NCBI GenBank assembly: GCA_965218795.1
Contig: OZ244653.1
Coordinates: 1,152,001 to 1,216,000 of the forward strand
DNA from: a bacterium
Lineage (GTDB): Bacteria > UBA8248 > JACPRG01 > G963555815
Direction of reading: 5' to 3'
Length of the DNA: 64,000 nt
Positions 27,108 to 36,598 of this stretch are shown piece after piece. The notes under the pieces are model-generated. The model was not told where the DNA came from. It did not search any database and saw only the letters and a program-made list of their open reading frames with translations. A program made the translations under genes and the position numbers. Numbering within the stretch: position 1 is the first letter of the stretch; each line of letters opens with the position of its first letter.

Positions 27108-29906
27108 TTACCGCCTTGTCCTCCGCCGTTTCGGTTTGGCCTTCATCCCGGCTTCCAGGGGCGCGCGGATTTTCTCATAGAGCATGAACAGATGCTCCAC
27201 GCGCTCGCGGTCGGAGGCGAAGGGAGCGCGGCGGTAGAGACGGTCCACGGCGCGGTCGAGGGCCTGGTGGGCCTTGCGGAGATCGGGCGGCATGAGGTCG
27301 GGGTCGTACAGGTCGGCCAGCGTTGCGCCGGGATGGGCAGCGCGGGCATCAAGAACGGCCTGCGCGAGTGACTCCAGCTTCGACTTGTCCGTGTCCGTGT
27401 TCCCGAAACTGGGCGGCACCGGGAAGGTGTTATAGACGACGCCGACGGAATACATGTAGTCGCTCTTCATTCGTCCCGTTACCGCCCGCATCCAGGCCAT
27501 GTGCATCGCCGAGGTCAGCAGCGCGAAATCGGCGAGTGTCGCGTCGGGAAGGAGACGGAGTTTCTCGCTCGGAATCACCGGCGGCTCAAGCCAGCCGATA
27601 GGCACATAATCCCGCCGTTCGGAACTTACTTGCGGAATGATGAGAAATGCTGTTTCGGGAACCACGGTAACGCCATAAGCGGTTGGATATCCAGCGAGAC
27701 GTTTCGTCGTTTGACGTTTGCTCTTTGCGCGAAAATCCCGAACTGATTGGAGCCTTGCTCTGACCATCGGCAAATTACGGAGCCTTTGAGGTGAAATACC
27801 TGCTGTGTGAAGAATCCATCGCTCTTTGCCCCAAATGAACTCCCGGGAGCCGGGGAAGGGGCGGAAATATGGCGCAGCATCGGGTTCAGACTCAATAAAA
27901 GCGGCCTTCGAATCCGTCGAGAAAGTCAGATTTCCATCTTCAAGAGGCTGCGTTCCCGTTATGAGTTTCCCCATCCCATTGATCGGCCTGCCTTCCTCGC
28001 GCACGGTGAGGTGAGGGTCCGCCAATCGCCCGGCGTCGAACAGGTAGGGCAAGAGCGCGGCATGAAGCGTTTCCTCCGGCTGGCCGTTAATGTCGGGATA
28101 GCTGAACAGGCGCTTGTCCGACCGCGCATTCTTACGCCGGTCAAGACCGATGATCACGACGTGCACGTGGGCCACCCCGCGGGCGTCCGAACCCCAGGCG
28201 AAGGTGCGGTGGGCAAAGGCGATCTCCAGCCTGCAGCGGTCGAACAGGATCGGCCAGAGTTGAGCCACCTGCTCCCCCTGGGTGATGGAGTTGGTGGCGA
28301 CGAAGCCGATGCGGGCTTTGCTCGACCGGACGTACTCCCCCGCCTTGATGAACCACGCGGTCACGTAGTCCAGCGTGCCGCCGGTCCTGCCGAGCGTCGC
28401 GATCCGGCGCACCTGCAAGCGCTGCTCCGCTGTCTGGAACTTCGCGCCCACGAAGGGCGGATTGCCGAACACGAAGGAACAGTCTTCCGGCTTCAGCAGT
28501 TCCGTCCAGTCGGTCTCCAGCGCGTCCCCATGGACGATGTGCGGCGAAGTTCGCAAGGGAATCCGCGCATAGGTCTGGCCGAATTCAAGGCTGAGCCGGT
28601 TGTTCATGATGTGGTCCATCATCCACAGGGCGGTCTCGGAAATCCGGGCCGGAAACTCGCCGATCTCGATGCCGTAGAACTGATCCACGTCGATCACGGA
28701 CAGGGTTTCCGCCAGCACATCCAACTGACCGTGGGGATGGATTTCCTTCATCACCGCGATTTCAAGCTCGCGCAGCTCCCGGTAGGCGATGATCAGGAAG
28801 TTGCCGCACCCGCAGGCCGGGTCGAAGCAGGTCATCCTCCCCAGCTTTTCCTGAAACCTCCGAAGCTCGGCGACACGGCGGCTGTCCTTGCGGGCCTTGA
28901 GCGGCGCGAACTCCGACCGCAGGTCGTCGAGGAACAACGGCTCGATGACCTTGAGGATGTTCTTCTCGGTCGTGTAGTGGGCCCCCTGGGCCCGGCGTTC
29001 CTTCGGCTCCATGACCGACTGGAACAGCGAGCCGAAGATGGCCGGAGAGATGTTCGACCAGTCGAACCGGCAAACATCCAGCAGGGCCCCGCGCATGGAA
29101 GCGTCGAACGACGGGATGCGCAACGGCCCGTCGAACAGAGCGCCGTTGACGTAGGGGAACCGGGCGAGGTCCTCGTCGAGTGTCTTTTGGCGCTCCTCTT
29201 CCGGAGTGTCGAGAACCTGGAACAGTTCGGCCAACCGCGACCCGGTATCGGATCCATCTTCGGTGGTGCGGTTCTCAAGCAGGTCCAGGAAGATGTCGCG
29301 CGGCTCGAAGACGCCCGTGTCGTCGGCGAACAGGCAGAACACGATCCGCACCAGGAACCGCTCCAGGTCGTGGCCCCGGTAGCCCGCCTCGGCAAGGGCG
29401 TCGTGCAGCCTGCCCACGAGCTCGGACGCCGCGATGTTGACCGGGTCCTGATCCCGGAAGACGCGCTTCTGAACCCCCAGGATGAAGCCGAACGCTTCGA
29501 CATGACCGGGCAGGTCCGCGAGCGGGAAGGTTACGGCCTCGCGTTCATCGAGATCGTGAAGCTCGAAGGTCTGGAAGTCGCTCAGGAGAATGTAGCGGGG
29601 TCGGTCGTGCTCGGGAAGCGCGTCGAAATACGCCCCGGCCTGGTCGTAGGCGCGGTCTAGATCGCGCCCGGCGCTCTTCTGCTCGACGAGCAGGACGCCC
29701 GGCCAGAACAGGTCGATGTAGCCGTGGGTGTTGTCGAGCCGCTTGACGTGCTCTTCGTAGCGCGCGACGGTCCGCCGGAGGACGCCGAACACCTGGAAGA
29801 AGTCGTTGTAGAAGCTTTGCGTCTCGCCCTTCTCATAGGCCGCGTCCCGCCACTCCTCGGCGAAGGCGGCGGCCCGGGCGCGAATCTCATTCCACGACAG
29901 GCGCAT
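27108..29906 (-). CDS. MmeI-like Type IIL restriction-modification enzyme (endonuclease + m6A methyltransferase + TRD)
   Basis: IDLFWPGVLLVEQKS nuclease motif, GAHYT, DPACGCGNFL, GNPPF, TNSITQGEQ, SSERRDYVPIG, YNTFP. Confidence 0.93.
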   Translation of the reverse strand: MRLSWNEIRARAAAFAEEWRDAAYEKGETQSFYNDFFQVFGVLRRTVARYEEHVKRLDNTHGYIDLFWPGVLLVEQKSAGRDLDRAYDQAGAYFDALPEHDRPRYILLSDFQTFELHDLDEREAVTFPLADLPGHVEAFGFILGVQKRVFRDQDPVNIAASELVGRLHDALAEAGYRGHDLERFLVRIVFCLFADDTGVFEPRDIFLDLLENRTTEDGSDTGSRLAELFQVLDTPEEERQKTLDEDLARFPYVNGALFDGPLRIPSFDASMRGALLDVCRFDWSNISPAIFGSLFQSVMEPKERRAQGAHYTTEKNILKVIEPLFLDDLRSEFAPLKARKDSRRVAELRRFQEKLGRMTCFDPACGCGNFLIIAYRELRELEIAVMKEIHPHGQLDVLAETLSVIDVDQFYGIEIGEFPARISETALWMMDHIMNNRLSLEFGQTYARIPLRTSPHIVHGDALETDWTELLKPEDCSFVFGNPPFVGAKFQTAEQRLQVRRIATLGRTGGTLDYVTAWFIKAGEYVRSSKARIGFVATNSITQGEQVAQLWPILFDRCRLEIAFAHRTFAWGSDARGVAHVHVVIIGLDRRKNARSDKRLFSYPDINGQPEETLHAALLPYLFDAGRLADPHLTVREEGRPINGMGKLITGTQPLEDGNLTFSTDSKAAFIESEPDAAPYFRPFPGSREFIWGKERWILHTAGISPQRLRNLPMVRARLQSVRDFRAKSKRQTTKRLAGYPTAYGVTVVPETAFLIIPQVSSERRDYVPIGWLEPPVIPSEKLRLLPDATLADFALLTSAMHMAWMRAVTGRMKSDYMYSVGVVYNTFPVPPSFGNTDTDKSKLESLAQAVLDARAAHPGATLADLYDPDLMPPDLRKAHQALDRAVDRLYRRAPFASDRERVEHLFMLYEKIRAPLEAGMKAKPKRRRTRR

Positions 29907-30080
29907 TCAATCGGGTTCTTTTCTCATCGGGATTCTTTGGGCGGTCCTCGTCAGCTACCGGAATCATAACCGAAAGGGCTTCCCACGGCGAGGCGGGTCG
30001 TGGGCGGCGGGGCCGGGACGGCGTCGCCCACCCAAGGCGCGATTATGCGTGATGCGGGGAGTGTCGAGCACACGGACAAA

Positions 30081-30170
30081 CCCCTGTCTCCCCCCCACGG
30101 CAAGTTCCGCGGGCTGGGCTTTTGTCTTGCCGACTCCCCCCCTCAAGGGGGAGTTGTGGATGGACAGGGG
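30081..30170. repeat. Hairpin module R, diverged copy
   Basis: GCCGACTCCCCCCCTCAAGGGGGAGT core, closed by CCCCTGTC/GACAGGGG. Confidence 0.7.
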
Positions 30171-30215
30171 ACGGGACAGCCTACGAATGTCCCTTGACCG
30201 GCGGGAACCGAATGT

Positions 30216-31124
30216 GTGAATATTGCGGCCGCCATACCCTGTCCTTTCCGCGGTGCGGCGGTTTACAGAAGACGGCGAATGCCCTACCGGTCGAAGAGCG
30301 TTCCATTCGAGAAGGGTCCTTCCCCTCGGAAAGGACCGAGCGGGGCGATTTGCCTCTGGTTCGCGCCGTTCTGCGCCCTGATCCTGACGGGCTGCGGCGT
30401 TTCGCCGAACCAGGAAGCCTCGGGAGCGGTCAGCGCGCCGAGCGTCGTGCGCACGGACCCTCGGGAATCGCCCGCCGCCAGGGAGGCCGCGGTTCTGGCC
30501 GACCGGATCCTGCGAAGAGAAAACGACGACTTTCTGTTGGACGCGAGGCGGCGACGCAGGCTCTTTCGCGAGATCGAGCGGGTTCTGGCGAGGATTCGAG
30601 ACGCGTATCCAGCCATGGCGGAGATATCGGTACGGGAAGCTCATCGACCCGGGATGCTTCTTCTCGGTCTGGAGCCGGATTTGTTCGAGGTTGTTTTCCG
30701 TCTTTTTCACGATGCAAGGGGGTCCGCCGCGCCGCGCACCGGGCATGCGGAATTCGATGCCCTCAATGCAAAACTCGGTTTACGGGCCATACGGTCGTTT
30801 TCCTCCACCGGTGTCGTCGCCATGTACTTCGATGAGCGTGTGAACATCGACGCGGCGAGGAGGGCGTACCGGATGATGGAAGGCGTCAGGTACGCGGAGC
30901 CCGATGCACGGTTGGGCGATGGTTCCGATATCGAAGCCGCCAAGTCGCACGAGACCTGGCATGTCGTCGTCCGAAATGCCTGGGGGGACTGCCCGGCCGG
31001 CTGCCTGTACGAGGAGATGTCCTTCTTCACGGTCGAAAGCGACGGGGTCGAACGGATTGAACCCTCGCGGGCGAAGGACATGGCCCGATTCGCGGAGATC
31101 CTCGCGCGCAGAGGATGGCATTGA
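30216..31124 (+). CDS. Hypothetical lipoprotein with WGDCPAGC motif
   Basis: LILTGC lipobox and plausible globular composition. Start uncertain (30216 or 30279). Confidence 0.7.
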   Translation: MNIAAAIPCPFRGAAVYRRRRMPYRSKSVPFEKGPSPRKGPSGAICLWFAPFCALILTGCGVSPNQEASGAVSAPSVVRTDPRESPAAREAAVLADRILRRENDDFLLDARRRRRLFREIERVLARIRDAYPAMAEISVREAHRPGMLLLGLEPDLFEVVFRLFHDARGSAAPRTGHAEFDALNAKLGLRAIRSFSSTGVVAMYFDERVNIDAARRAYRMMEGVRYAEPDARLGDGSDIEAAKSHETWHVVVRNAWGDCPAGCLYEEMSFFTVESDGVERIEPSRAKDMARFAEILARRGWH

Positions 31125-31209
31125 CCCCGGACGGCGGCGGGACATCTCCATCAACCCGGCCGGGTCGGCCGCAGCATGACTCGATACGGTAGTTGGGATT
31201 GCCGGGCCT

Positions 31210-31446
31210 TGTCCGGCAACTAAGGTGCTCCGCCGCGTCAAGCCGAACGGCCTCTCCCCCCATCGGAAAATCCGCAGGCTGCGCCCTTGATTTGCCGACT
31301 CCCCATCAAGAAAGTGGAAAAACCCCCCGGAAAAAGAGGGGGATTTACAGGGCAACACCCCCTGGGAAAAAGGGCGATTTTCCAGGCCATTGACAATTAT
31401 TTTTGTCTCGATTGCTAATTATTTTTGTTCGCCTACAGTGGTTTCC
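31210..31446 (+). repeat. Module R plus terminal motif
   Basis: Left part matches the copy starting at 36143; followed by AATTATTTTTGT twice and CTACAGTGGTTTCC. Confidence 0.75.
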
Positions 31447-31453
31447 AGAAGAA

Positions 31454-31487
31454 AAGGGAGGGGAGGAGCAACCTCCCCCCTTCCCTT
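31454..31487 (-). terminator. Intrinsic terminator of the substrate-binding protein gene
   Basis: AAGGGAGGGGAGG/CCTCCCCCCTTCCCTT stem with a T-run on the minus strand just after the stop. Confidence 0.6.
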
Positions 31488-31494
31488 CAGTTTC

Positions 31495-32520
31495 CTAATT
31501 CGACCGCTTGGGGAACAGCTTGGGCAGGAAACGGTTCGTATAAATCTCGTCCAAAGGCACCTTCACCTTGACGCCGCCGAATTTCATCATCAGGTCCCTT
31601 GTCCGCTCCATTTTCTTGCGGCTCTGGTACCCGATGCCCTGCTTCATTGCCGTCGGTGTCAGGAGATGATCCATGACGGTGTCCCAAACAGCCAGAATGG
31701 CCTTGCGCGATGTGGTGGGATTGTATTCCCCCTGGATGAACAGGTCAGTCGCCTCTTCAGGGTGTTCGACGGCGTAGGCGACCCCCTTGTACATGGCATG
31801 AACGAACCGCCTCACTTCATCCGGTTTCCGGGCGATTCGGTCGTCCGTCGTCATAAACGCACTCGAATAAGGGTCCACGCCATAGTCGGCGTACAGGAGG
31901 ATGACCGGTTTCTTCCCAGCCATCCGAGACTTGTTGGTGAAGAGAGACTCCAGCGTATTGAAGGCCAAGGTCGAGTCGATCTTGCCGGAGATCACGCTGG
32001 GAATCGTGACGGTAAACGCCATGTAGAGCCACTTGATCTTTTTTGGGTCCACGCCGTTCGCCGAAGCCAGGGCGGGGAACATCTGATGGGGGGCCGATCC
32101 TTTGCCGACGCCGATAGTCCGGCCCTCCAGGTCTTTGGGGCTCCGGATGCCTTTGTCCGCGGTCGTATAGATGGCATGGAGGGACTTGTCGTGAAACATC
32201 CCGATGGCCTTGAGCTTCATCCCCTTGGCGCGGGCTTGAATGATAACGCCCGTATCGGAGTTGGCGTAATCATTCCGCCCGGCGGAGACCGTCTTCACCG
32301 TTTTGCCCGACCCGAAGCCCCGGACGATCTTCACATCCAGCCCGACCTCCCTGAAAAAGCCCTTGTCGAGCGCCGTGAACCAACCCAGGTCGCGGCCATA
32401 AAACAGCCAGTCGGAGTTGTACGTGACCTTTTCGGCCGCCTGCGCGGTGAGCGCGCCGAGGAGAAGAGCAGCCGTGAAGAACCCAATGCGCCCAGCGAGA
32501 GTGACCATTAACCTGTGCAT
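31495..32520 (-). CDS. NMT1/THI5/SsuA-like ABC substrate-binding protein
   Basis: DW..YG, ALDKGFF.EVGLDV, GFGSG, IRSPKDLEGRTIG; signal peptide AQA. Start at MHRL. Confidence 0.9.
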   Translation of the reverse strand: MHRLMVTLAGRIGFFTAALLLGALTAQAAEKVTYNSDWLFYGRDLGWFTALDKGFFREVGLDVKIVRGFGSGKTVKTVSAGRNDYANSDTGVIIQARAKGMKLKAIGMFHDKSLHAIYTTADKGIRSPKDLEGRTIGVGKGSAPHQMFPALASANGVDPKKIKWLYMAFTVTIPSVISGKIDSTLAFNTLESLFTNKSRMAGKKPVILLYADYGVDPYSSAFMTTDDRIARKPDEVRRFVHAMYKGVAYAVEHPEEATDLFIQGEYNPTTSRKAILAVWDTVMDHLLTPTAMKQGIGYQSRKKMERTRDLMMKFGGVKVKVPLDEIYTNRFLPKLFPKRSN

Positions 32521-32801
32521 GGTGGTGAAACCCTCCTCCTCCAAGGATGACATTCAGCCTTTCCAATGGGAATGGAAAGACAAAAAACGCGGGGTTTTTC
32601 TAATGGCGACAGTTTAGCACATCCCGCTGTCCTCGAGTGATTTCACCCCTCGCCCGCCCAGGTCAGCTTGACAAATGATGACGGGCTTCGTTAACGTTGG
32701 ACCGCGAGGCTGGGCAAGTGAATTGGTGCAGCGGGGACAGCGGTTTCTCAAGCTTAGAGGTTCAGGCTCGTCTCTCCACATTATTCTGCTGGAAGGCTCT
32801 C

Positions 32802-32965
32802 ATGCCCCTGTCAGCCCTTGAAGAAAAGGTTCTCGCGGCCGTTGACGCGGAGCGTCCGCTCACGAGGAGTCCCTCCGCGGCCTCATTCGCATAAAGAGCC
32901 ACACGGGGATGGAAGGGCCGGGCCAGCGGGACATTCTTCGGAAATTCCAGGAGATGGGCTTGGCG
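32802..32965 (+). pseudogene. N-terminal fragment of an M20 (ArgE/DapE-like) peptidase
   Basis: MPLSALEEKVLAAVDAER, frameshift, then LRGLIRIKSHTGMEGPGQRDILRKFQEMGL; the rest is missing. Confidence 0.6.
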
Positions 32966-33111
32966 GAAGAGCCGGGCGGCGTTCTTCCTCAACCTGCTGG
33001 ACTTGCTGTTGTCTCCGCGCCACCAAGCCGCCCCATTTTATCACTGATACGGGATCTCTGAGCAGAACCAGCGCTTCTACCGAGAGGCTCTACGGTCGTC
33101 CGAAACCCAGC

Positions 33112-33402
33112 CTACGCTTCCACCTCGTGCACCTCGAACACCCTGGTCGTGGGTGGGGCGGTGAAGAGATCGCCCACCTCCTCCATCATCCTGGGCCTTA
33201 ACCCTTCCGAGGCGGCCTCGGCGTCTTCCTTTGTTTCCCAAAGGCTGAACGATCCGAATTCGTTCGCTTCATCATCCCCGATGAAGACCATCGACTTGAA
33301 TCCCTTCAAGGCTTTGTACGCGGCGGAAGCTACGCGCGCGCTCTCGTGCCCTTTATCCAACGTCCCCGGCTTGAAATGTAGCAGATTGATGCGCGCATAC
33401 AT
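33112..33402 (-). CDS. ABM-like dimeric alpha/beta-barrel protein
   Basis: MYARI..FKPG, GFKS, SLWETKEDAEA, RVFEV. Confidence 0.82.
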   Translation of the reverse strand: MYARINLLHFKPGTLDKGHESARVASAAYKALKGFKSMVFIGDDEANEFGSFSLWETKEDAEAASEGLRPRMMEEVGDLFTAPPTTRVFEVHEVEA

Positions 33403-33746
33403 GGTTCTTGTCTCGTGTCACTGAGTTGTCTGTCAGGAACCCGTGTCAGTGTACCCGATTGGAAGGACAATCCAACCGTAAAATCACGCTGGAATCTTCC
33501 CCCCCGCCGGACCGGGGACCTCCCGCCGAGGGATGAGGCGACGGAGATAATCCTTCGCAACGCACGGCCGCCGGGACGACCGTTGGCCGGCTCACCGGAA
33601 TGGCAAATCACACGAGATCGGCTGAATGACTGTGCCCGTACACGCAAACTCGCCAACCTCCCTGAAATCGGCGTAATCCGTGCAATCGCCGCGTGCGCGG
33701 GGACGGCGCCCGTGGATCATCCATCTGAAAAAGGGCCGGAGGAAGG

Positions 33747-33896
33747 ATGAGCGAGGTCAGGGTCGGATTGATACAGATGTCCCTCAAATGCTCGACGGAC
33801 CTGCCACCGGGCGATATCCGCGAGGTCATGACCGAAGCCCATGCCCCCTTCATCGAGGAAGCCGGCAAGCGGGGCCCCACGAAAAAAGACCCCTGA
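33747..33896 (+). pseudogene. N-terminal fragment of a nitrilase-family (beta-ureidopropionase-like) hydrolase
   Basis: GGAGG RBS, then MSEVRVGLIQMSLKCSTDLPPGDIREVMTEAHAPFIEEAGKRG, ending at the repeat that starts at about 33876. Confidence 0.7.
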
Positions 33897-34519
33897 ACCG
33901 CCTATGAAAAGCCCTTGCAAGGGGGTTGCAAGGGGCGTGCATTGACTCTGCTCCATGCCGACGATGCGTGAAGCGGAACGGCCTTCTCCCCCCACCGGAA
34001 AATCCGCGGGCTGCGCCCTTGATTTGCCGACTCCCCCTCAAGGGGGGAGTGATGTATGAAGGGGCCGCACCGGCGTGCCGACTTTCGCCGATTCCCCCTC
34101 CAGGGGAGGGAGAGCAAGCGCGCCCCGCGAAAAAGGCCCCTGAACCGCCCATGCAACGGCGCGTCCGGGACGTTTTTCGATTGTTGCACGCTTGAAATCT
34201 ACGGTTATTTCTTTTTTGGTTTTTCGGGTCTTTCCGGGCGGTCGTCCGGGTTTTCTCAGGGGGGCGCTGTCCAGGTATCCCCGCCATAAAGGCTGTTCTA
34301 CCCCTTCCGCCGTTACAATGTCCCGGAAAAGGCACTTGTTACGCGATTTTTAGGCCGACGACGCAAGAAAGCGGCGGTCGGATTTTGCGGCGCGCGGCGC
34401 GCATTTGAAGCGTATCTGTGCAGCGCGCGGCCATGGCCACCACAGCCACTTTTGCACGGTATAGCACGGAATAGCACGGATAGGCACGGTATCTTGGCCC
34501 CTACAGTTATTTGCGATCC
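33876..34519 (+). repeat. Modular repeat element Q-R-Q'-S
   Basis: Module R at 33974-34097; module S at 34291-34519 with CACGG at 34455/34465/34475/34485 and a CTACAGTTATTT end. Confidence 0.82.
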
Positions 34520-34754
34520 CGGACAACGAGCGCTATCGTTACGCCGACCCCATCTCTGACGCGAGCGCGTCAGGTTCTCGCTGAAGAAGGCCCGGCCGAA
34601 CCAGGCTGAGGGCCTTCCATCCAAGACCGTCGGGATCGACTCCTTCGGATGACAACGGAGGGGTCGGTCTGTTAAGTTCATCCGGGTTGTTCGTGTCTGG
34701 AGGACGTCGGAGTTCCCGAACGCGTCCACCTTCCCTTGACCAAGATACGCTGAC

Positions 34755-35624
34755 ATGTTCTACACGCCCGTCTCGCTCGCCCTGTACTCGGCCTCGGCCT
34801 TCGCCTGCTCGGAGTTCGCGGCCCGGGTCGCTGTGCGGTATGCATCCCCATACACTGGGGCGATGATGCAGGCCGTTGTCCACCTGATCATTTTTGGACT
34901 CCTGGCCCTTTCGATTTCTCCCCGCCCCGACATCTTCAATGCCGGGGGCTGGTGGTTTTTCGCTTCAGGGGCCTTTGACCCGGGCCTCGGCGTGATCTGC
35001 TATTTCGCGGCCTTCGCCCGTATCGGCGTCGCCCGAGCGGCAACGGTTTTGGGAACCTCTCCTCTCTTCAGTGCCGCTGCAGCCATCCTCTTTCTGGGAG
35101 AACGGCCCAATGCGTGGGTTTGGATAGGAACCCTGGGCATCGTCTCCGGCGTAGGCGCGCTCGCCTATGAAAGAAAAGGAGGCATGCAAAGCAGATCGGG
35201 CTATGTGTTTGCCGTTCTGGCGGCCCTTTTCTTCGCTCTCTCGCACACCTTCCGTAAGATTGGACTCGACTACATTCCATCATCGACAACGGGGATGGCG
35301 ATCGGGAATGTGGGGGCGGTGCTGACACTCATCCTGCTGCTTCCGCTCATGCCGGCAGGCTCCCGGCTGAACTTTCATCCCAAGGGGCTGTTCTTATACT
35401 TTGTTCATATGCTGGGGATTGCCCTGGCCCTCTACATGCTGCTGGAGGGTCTTCGCTTGGGCACCGTCAGCGTTGTCGTGCCCCTGGTGCACACCGCCCC
35501 TCTGCTTGTGGTGTTGCTCGCTTGGATCTTCCTGAAAGAGAAAGAGCAGATCACGGCCCGGCTCTTTCTCGGGTCTGCTCTGATTGTTGCGGGGGCGGCC
35601 ACCATCACCGGCCTGGGACATTAG
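34755..35624 (+). CDS. EamA/DMT-family transporter
   Basis: About 10 TM helices in two repeats; GVARAA..LGTSPLF...FLGER and GTVSVVVPL...PL...LKEKE. Confidence 0.92.
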   Translation: MFYTPVSLALYSASAFACSEFAARVAVRYASPYTGAMMQAVVHLIIFGLLALSISPRPDIFNAGGWWFFASGAFDPGLGVICYFAAFARIGVARAATVLGTSPLFSAAAAILFLGERPNAWVWIGTLGIVSGVGALAYERKGGMQSRSGYVFAVLAALFFALSHTFRKIGLDYIPSSTTGMAIGNVGAVLTLILLLPLMPAGSRLNFHPKGLFLYFVHMLGIALALYMLLEGLRLGTVSVVVPLVHTAPLLVVLLAWIFLKEKEQITARLFLGSALIVAGAATITGLGH

Positions 35625-35830
35625 GCCGGGTAGCCTTCGGCAATGAGGCCGACGCGAATCCCGGAAAAATCCGTCATGACCAAAATCAGGGATTGGACCG
35701 GCTTTCCGGCGGACTTGCCCCCCCTGTCTCCGGCGGGAACGAGCCGGGGGGAGTGACGACAGGTTGATCCGGCATGCCGGAAGAAGGACTGTCGGACTCG
35801 GCTCCTTCTGCGTGGCGGATCGAAGTTCAT

Positions 35831-36598
35831 TGCGAACGGCCCGAAACTCCGGGGAATTCCGGGGCGAAACGGTAGGGAAAACGTGAAGGGTGCATGAGGT
35901 GTTAGAAGACTCCCCACCGCATCAGCCTTTGCCGCGTGAATCGGAACGGCCTCTCCCCCCACCGGAAAATCCGCAGGCTGCACCCTTGATTTGCCGACTC
36001 CCCCTCAAGGGGGGAGTGATTGATGGAGGGCCGCACCGGCGGGCCGGGCTTTCGCTGATTCCCGCTCAAGGCCTGTCTGCCGAAAGGCAGGGGGGGAAGA
36101 TTGAAGGACCAGGAGGCTGTTGTGCCGCATGGGTTCTCGTCCTGTCCGGCAACCAGGCGCTGCCTCCGCCGGGTCAAGCCGAACGGCCTTCTCCCCCCAC
36201 CGGAAAATCCGCAGGCTACGCCCTTGATTTGCCGACTCCCCCTCAAGGGGGAAGTGATATATGAAGGGGCCGCACGGCGGACCGGGTGTTCTCCCGGGTA
36301 CACTGTCTACCGCTCAGCGGTGCGCTGTGTGGCCCTCAGCGGAGCGCCTGTCCGCCCATCCGGGCAAGACGGCTGTTCAACCCCTCATGTCTTTAATTTG
36401 TCCCGGAAAAGGCGCTTGTTACGCGATTATTAGGCGTTTGAGGCAGGAAAGCGACGGTCGGATTTCGGGGCGAAGGATCAGGCGTTCACGCGTACTTTGC
36501 GGAGCGCGCTGACGGCACCCACCGCCACTTTTCCACGGTATTCCACGGTATCCCACGGATAAACACGGTATTTTGGCCCCTACAGTTATTTCCGATCC
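35831..36598 (+). repeat. Modular repeat element P-R-R-S
   Basis: Module R at 35942-36063 and 36143-36296; module S at 36371-36598 with CACGG at 36534/36544/36554/36564 and a CTACAGTTATTT end. Confidence 0.82.

Noticed and set aside
32525-32700. TPP riboswitch upstream of the NMT1/THI5-like gene
   Set aside because: The CTGAGA and ACCTGA core elements were not found.
35621-35677. MTDFSGIRVGLIAEGYPA as the stump of a glycosyltransferase disrupted by the EamA gene
   Set aside because: Only 18 codons with no RBS; could be chance.
30081-36598. CRISPR array or integron attC array
   Set aside because: Repeats are long and irregularly spaced, with no constant-length spacers, no cas or intI gene, and no RYYYAAC...GTTRRRY pattern.
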